Part shown: piece by piece, positions 45,211 to 51,136 of the stretch | How the letters are laid out: each line of letters starts with the position of its first letter | Position numbering within the stretch: position 1 is the first letter of the stretch | NCBI RefSeq assembly: GCF_006345805.1 | Contig: NW_021834157.1 | Coordinates: 1-51,136, forward strand | Direction: 5' to 3' | From: Octopus sinensis | Lineage: Eukaryota | Length of the DNA stretch: 51,136 nucleotides | The notes under the pieces: model-generated | What the model was told of the DNA's origin: nothing | What the model saw: the letters and a program-made list of their open reading frames with translations, nothing else | Database searches by the model: none | Position numbers and translations under genes: made by a program

Positions 45211-47245
45211 TTTAAATTCCGAGTTCAAATCCCACCGATGTAAACTTGGCCTTTCATCCACTCGGGGTTGATAAAAGAAAAAAAAATGTACCAGTCAACT
45301 ACTGGAGTCGATGCTATCGATTAATCGACTCCCTTCCCGAAGTGTAGGACTCGTATTTGTATTAGAAAGATTTATCATTATCGTTGTTGTTGTGAAGGCA
45401 GATCGCTGGCAGAATCGAATGCCGCCGATGTCGACTTGGCTGTTAATCTTTCAGGGTCGATAAAATAGGTACCAGTTGAATACTGAGGTCGATGTAATCG
45501 GGTTATCCCCTCAACCGAACTTGGCGTTGTGCCAAAATTTGGACTCATTATTATTATAGTTGTTAGGGCAGTGAGCTGGCAGAATCGTTAGCATGCCGGG
45601 CGAAATGCTAAGCAGTATTTCGTCTGCCTTTACGTTCTGAGTTCAAATTCCACCGAGGCCGACTTTTCCTTTCATCCTTGCGGGAGTCGATAAAATAAGT
45701 ACCAGTTGTACACTGGTGTTGACGCAATCGACTCATCCCCACCTCCCCCAGGCTGACCTTGTGGCAAAAATTTTAAATGATAAATATTATTGTTGTTAGA
45801 GCGGCGTGGTGGCAGTAACGTTAGCACACCGGGCGAAATGCGTAGCCGTATTTCGTCTACCGTTACGTTCTGAGTTCAAATTCCGCCGAGGTCAACTTTG
45901 CCTTTCATCCTTTCGGGGTCGATAAATTAAATACCAGTTACGCACTGGGGTCGATATAATCGACTTAATCCGTTTGTCTGTCTTTGTTTGTCCTCTCTGT
46001 GTTTAGCTCCTTGTGAGTAGTAAAGAAACAGGTATTTCGGCCGTCGCAACGTTCTGAGTTCAAATCCGCCGAGGTCCACATTGCCTTTCATCTTTACGAG
46101 AGTCGATAAATTAAGTACCAATTGAGTATTGGGGTCAGTGTTATCGACTTACTCTTCCACTCCCACCCCACCCTAAATTTCAGGCCTTGTGTTTATTGTA
46201 TTGCTTGTCCGGAAAGTTCGTGCCGATTTTTAAAGGAAAGAAAAAGGTCAATAAATACTTGCCGTTACATTTTTAATCAACCAAATATGAACAATTTTGT
46301 TGCACAATGCGTCTCCATCTCTCCTTTAACTTGAAAATACCCTCTTCCCAGAATTTAGGTGGTTTCATGGCAAAGAATTCATCAAGGTATCTTTTTACGT
46401 CATCCAAGGAATTTTACCATTGAGACTATTCTGCAGAGACATGAATAAGTGGAAATCCGAAGGAGCAATATCTGGTGAATATGGAGGGTGGAGTAACACA
46501 TCCCAGCCAACCTGCAATTTTTTTCTGGTTCCCAAAGCATCAAATACCGAATATGAACTTTCTTATCTTCCATTTTAAAGGGTTACAGAATTAACATAGG
46601 TTATAGGAACATAAACCTTCTTCCAAGAAAAGATAGCTTAAACTGTGCTCTAAATGGAAGTGTTGTCAAATCCTATTTTATGGACTCAACCATGTTCTAC
46701 ACTAAATCGAAAGGTAAGCTGCTATAAATCGGCACGAACTTTCCGGACAACCCAATAGAAACCATTGTTGTTGATTTTGTTATGGAGGTTGAAAGCTGGT
46801 GGAATCGTTGGTACAGCGGACAAAATGCTTCTAAGCCTTTCGTCAGGCTTTACATTCTGAGATCAAATACCAACAAGGTCGACTTTGTCTTTCATCCTTT
46901 CGGGACCGATAAAATAAAGCATCTACCGAGTTCTGGGGGTCGATGATATCAACTTAATCCGACCCGCGAAACTGATGGCTTTCTGCCAAAATTCGAAATC
47001 ATCATCATTGTTGTTGCAATTGTTGTTTTTACGGAGTTGGGGTGCTGGCATAATCATTAGTGCACCGGATATACCGCTTAACAGCATTTCGGCCGTCTCC
47101 ACGTTCTGAGTTCAAATTTCACTGAGGTCGACCTTGCTTTCATCCTTTCGGGAGTTGATAGAATAAATACCAGTTGTGCACTGAGGATCGATGTAATCAA
47201 ATCAACAGCTTCCCTGAACTTGCTGGCTTTGTGCCAAAATCTGAA
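45210..47245 (+). mobile_element. Head-to-tail array of about seven SINE family 2 copies
   Basis: Units start near 45210, 45400, 45565, 45800, 46030, 46790 and 47040. All are on the plus strand, and most are separated by (TTA/TTG)n tails. Confidence 0.85.
46201..46755 (-). mobile_element. mariner (DD34D-type) deletion derivative with both TIRs
   Basis: TA|TTG(C/GG)TTGTCCGGAAAGTTCGTGCCGATTT at both ends. The minus strand encodes LQVGWDVLLHPPYSPDIAPSDFHLF..FWEEGIFKLKERWRRIVQQN. Confidence 0.92.
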
Positions 47246-47361
47246 ACAAATTAATATTTCTATTAGTGTTTAGCAACATTTCCCTCTGTTTTACGTTCTG
47301 CGTTCGACCTTGCCTTCCATCGACTGACCTCCTCCCGCCTTGCGCTTTTATTCATTTATTC

Positions 47362-47585
47362 ATTTACTGTTTTCAGTCATTTGACTGCGGCCATGCTGGA
47401 GCTCCGCCTCTGAGTCGAAAAAAATCTATTCCAGGGTTTATTCTTTGTAAGCTTGGTATTTATTCTATGAGGCTCTTCTGCCGAACAGTTAAGTTACGAG
47501 GACGTAAACACTCCAACATCGGTTGTCAAGCGATGGGGAGACAAACACAGACACAAATACACACACATAAATATATATATGTATT

Positions 47586-47630
<45 letters not shown>

Positions 47631-47817
47631 AGATAGATAGATAGATATAGATATCCGGCAGGCTTCTTTTCAGTTTCCGTTAACCAGTCCCACTCACAAG
47701 GGTTTGGTCCAGAGGGTATAACCAAAAACATTTGCCCAAGGTGCCACGCAGTGTAACTGAACCCGGAACCATGTGGTCGGGAAGCAAGCTTCTTACCACA
47801 CAGCCATACTGCGTCTA
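47362..47817 (-). mobile_element. SINE family 3, full length with internal microsatellite
   Basis: The minus strand has the head GGCTGTGTGGTAAGAAGCTTGCTTCC, internal TA/GA/GATA repeats, and the tail CCAGCATGGCCGCAGTCAAATGACTGAAA. Confidence 0.85.
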
Positions 47818-48689
47818 TATTAGAAATAGTTACTGTTTTCACGACAAGTTGGAAGAATCGCAAGTGATCCAGATGGGTGCTAATCAATAATGCCTATATA
47901 TATATATATATATATATTCTTTTACTTGTTTCAGTCATTTGACAGCGGCCATGCTGGAGCGCTGCCACGAAAAGGTTTTAGTCGAACAAACAAGTAAAAG
48001 AGTGAAATAACATATATGTAATAATTGGGGCACCATGACAGGCGCTATAGCTCCGGAACAAAGCGGACCTGGGGCTATTGATGAATAAAATATATCTTGT
48101 TATTCCCTAAAATCTCGAGGACTCCTGAACTGTATCGTTGCCACCGGATTCAGTCCAATCTCCTACCCAAAGCATATTGTATTTAGGTTTAAGAAAGAGA
48201 GAAATTAGTCGAAAAACCTCATTGACTGAAAATGTTTTGCTTAATTTAAAATCTATTTAAATGCATGTGTGTCAATGCTCGCTTTTGGCAAAACCGTCTG
48301 AAATTAGAAAAAAAAACCATAAAAAGCATAAAAATAAAATAAAAATGAAAAGGAAAAAGCCCGAACATTTTAATCTATCAAAATGTTAAGTTGATGAACA
48401 AGAAGTCAAGTTTACTTAGCGTTATAATCGCATTCATTTTTAAATACTAACAACATATTGGGAAGCGGGTTGGTGGAGAGGAAAAGAGAAGAAACCTTGA
48501 CGAAAATTTTAAAAAGATTAAGGTTTTAATTCAGTCGTTCTTGCTTGCTATTTACCTGTCAACTTGACTAAGAAACTGGTTTCATCTTGATTAAATATCA
48601 GCGAATGAAAGTTTGTATAGACGCATTTGTATATGTATGTTATTGCCTTTCTCAATCGAGAAATTTTAAATAATATGATGAATGTGTAG

Positions 48690-48949
48690 CTGTTACTGGT
48701 GGTGGTAGTGGTAGTGGTGTGCTGGTGGTGGTTGTGGTCGTAGCGGTGGTAGAGGTGGCGATGGCATTGGTGTTGTTGGCGATGGTGTTGAAGGTGGCGG
48801 AAGATGGCGGTGGTGGCGTTGTTAGCGGCGGCGGCGGTGGTGTTGGTGGTGGTGTTGGTGGTGGTGGTGAGGGTAGTGGAAGTGATGGTAGTCTTGATGG
48901 TGGTGGCGATGGTGATGTGGTGGTAGCGGTTGTCGTAGTGTCAGTGTTG

Positions 48950-48981
<32 letters not shown>

Positions 48982-49025
48982 GATAGTGGTGGTAGTAGTG
49001 ATGATAATGGCGGTAGATGTATTTT
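48690..49025. repeat. (GGT)n/(GTT)n compound repeat
   Basis: Direct inspection. Confidence 0.9.
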
Positions 49026-49544
49026 AATTGTTGTTTCTGCTGTTGTGTCAGCCTAGGCTGAAAACATTCCAACCGTGCCCATCCTGTCTTTTCCTAGTGT
49101 TCAGTCTACTCGGGACTATATTATCCATTAATTTCTTTCCCATTCTATGAACATTAGGGTGCTGAGGTAGTTTCGGCTGTTATATCTAGCATGTCAAGTG
49201 GCCATATCGGATCATGTTTCATGTGTTGTTGCTTAGCTCTCATGAAACAGACCTATAACCAAAAGCATTCCAACCGTGACCATCCTGTCTAATTAGAATT
49301 ACATATGTTCACATTGTTTGATATGAGTGTTTACTTACTAAAGACAGTAGAGTATGATCTGAGGGATATTTTGTCGTTGTTTCTTGCAGGTCGAGCGATC
49401 TCGTAAAGGCTGCTTTCTCATGATTTACAGTTTATGATGAGTTAACGTTCGCGGAGATAACGAAATATTCATGCTTGTATAACATTCAACAAATTGTCTG
49501 ATAGTCTTTGATTTAAATGTATTTGATGCAGCGATCTAAGAGAA

Positions 49545-49725
49545 TCTTTGGCATGTTAAACAAAATGCTTAGAGGTATTCTTCCGGCGCTTTACGTTCTG
49601 AGTTGAAATCCCGCCAAGACCGATTGTGGCTTTCATATCTTCAGAGTTGATAGAAAAGGTAAGAACGAATTACTGGGGTCGATGTAATCGACTTGAACCC
49701 CTACCCTCAGAATTGCTGGCCTTGA
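49545..49725 (+). mobile_element. Old SINE family 2 copy
   Basis: TTACGTTCTGAGTTGAAATCCCGCC..TACTGGGGTCGATGTAATCGACTT. Confidence 0.7.
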
Positions 49726-49909
49726 ACCCCGCAGTGGAACAGAGTCCTGTTCAGGGGTTTAGGTCGAACAAATCAATCCCAATACATTTGTCCTTTTTTA
49801 TGTCGGGTATTTCTTTCATCAATGACTTTTGCGGAACTGCTAAGTTGCTGGGACGTAAACAAACCAACACCAGTTATCAAGTGCTCGTAGAGTAAAGACA
49901 CAAGCACAA

Positions 49910-49957
<48 letters not shown>

Positions 49958-50139
49958 TTCGCGTTACGTTAAAAAGCGGCGCACAGTGCCAGAATATTCG
50001 ATTCGATATTTGAAACGATTTAAACGAGGAAGGTCTTACGTAATGGATGCGTTTTCTACTATATTATTGCGCAGACCAGAAACGACGTATTAAACGATTT
50101 AAAGTATGACTTTTGGTTCACTTTATTATTAAAAAATTT

Positions 50140-50171
<32 letters not shown>

Positions 50172-50172
<1 letters not shown>

Positions 50173-50335
50173 GGGAAGGTTTACGAAAATAAACAAAAGA
50201 CGAAGGCAGGTGGAGTACAAACAAACAAATGTATTAGTATGGCGCTCAGGAATAGAAATAGAACAAGTCTTTTACGTTTCGAGCCTACGCTCTTCGACAG
50301 AAAGATACACAGAAAAGAAACAAGGAGAGAAACGC
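50172..50335 (-). mobile_element. Solo terminus of the same Penelope-like family as 3318-3520
   Basis: GGGAAGGTTTACGAAAATAAACAAAAGACGAAGGCAGG..TTTCGAGCCTACGCTCTTCGACAGAAAG, near-identical to 3323-3490. Confidence 0.85.
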
Positions 50336-50977
50336 ACACAAATACTTACATACATACACACACACATACATACATACATACATACATACATACATACATA
50401 CATACATACATACATACATACATACATTCATACATACATACAAACGTACGCTATGTACGTATGTAAGTATGTATGTATGTATGATGAAAGAAATGTATAT
50501 ATTCGAGATGGGCACAAATAGTTTACCCATTCTGAAATACCTTTGCCGAATCGGTCATAGGCTATATATAAATTTGATGGCTGGATTTAAGTATTCGCTT
50601 TCTCAGCTAGCCACACATCTTTTTCACATTTTCTATTTTGCAATGCAGTGAACCTTTAATATTTAACCTCCAACAGTTTTAGATTTCATAACAGATTTAC
50701 AATTTCATGCAGTCTCGTACGGATATATATGAAATATTTATAAATTTTATATATATATATATTTTTTGTACTTATATATTATATATTTTATATGATGTAT
50801 TGCGTCTTTTGAAAAATATATTGAGTAAAATCATGTTTTCTGACTGTCAATATCTCGAAAGTTGCCGTTTCATTGAAACCTATATTGTTCTATATTCTTT
50901 TAGCTCTATTGACTGAGGGCTAATTCATTGTTCTGTATAGGAAATTAATTACCTTCTAGTTTCTACTTTTGTATATA

Positions 50978-51136
50978 GGCACAGGAGTAGCTGTGTGGCA
51001 AGTTGCTTGCTTACCAACCACATGGTCCTGGGTTCAGTCCCACTGCGTGGCCCCTTGTGCGAGTGTCTTCTGCAAAACCTTTTGAATGGTATACGGAAAG
51101 CCTTTTAAATGATAGACGGAAACTGAAAGAAGCCTG
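50978..51136 (+). mobile_element. SINE family 3, cut by the window end
   Basis: GGCACAGGAGTAGCTGTGTGG..GGTTCAGTCCCACTGCGTGG..ACGGAAACTGAAAGAAG. Confidence 0.85.

Noticed and set aside
44710-45261. Poly-Lys/Arg and poly-Ser ORFs
   Set aside because: These are translations of the (TTC)n tract.
45210-47245. Regularly recurring repeats superficially like a CRISPR array
   Set aside because: The units are about 200-bp SINEs in eukaryotic DNA, with no constant short repeat, unique spacers or cas genes.
49040-49300. Direct repeat CATTCCAACCGTG.CCATCCTGTCT at about 49065 and 49266
   Set aside because: Most likely two fragments of an old interspersed repeat; too short to assign.

Overview
Eukaryotic, AT-rich, microsatellite-saturated intergenic or intronic DNA. 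The repeat families look like those I recall from octopus (coleoid cephalopod) genomes; this is an inference and was not checked. I found no host protein-coding gene, rRNA, true tRNA or CRISPR array that I can support, and most ORFs in the supplied track are translations of simple repeats. The window is a nest of decayed mobile elements: (i) Tx1/L1-type LINEs (a tandem group at 6.15-10.7 kb, a copy at 19.8-21.2 kb, and an ORF1 fragment at 30.0-30.3 kb); (ii) a CR1-group LINE at 34.4-36.4 kb; (iii) two R4/Dong-like fragments; (iv) three Penelope-like GIY-YIG remnants plus solo termini; (v) four Tc1/mariner relics and two MITE-like elements; (vi) three copies of a non-autonomous Helitron; (vii) roughly 30 tRNA-derived SINE copies or fragments in about four families. 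The main unexplained structure is as follows. All three Helitron copies break at the same base and are followed by Tx1-LINE sequence. About ten hammerhead-ribozyme-like motifs are present, including a 470-bp fold-back Penelope whose two hammerheads carry complementary defects. Two SINE/LINE pairs share 3' tails. One Tx1 copy sits inside a (GATA)n tract. Coordinates were counted by eye and element edges are approximate.
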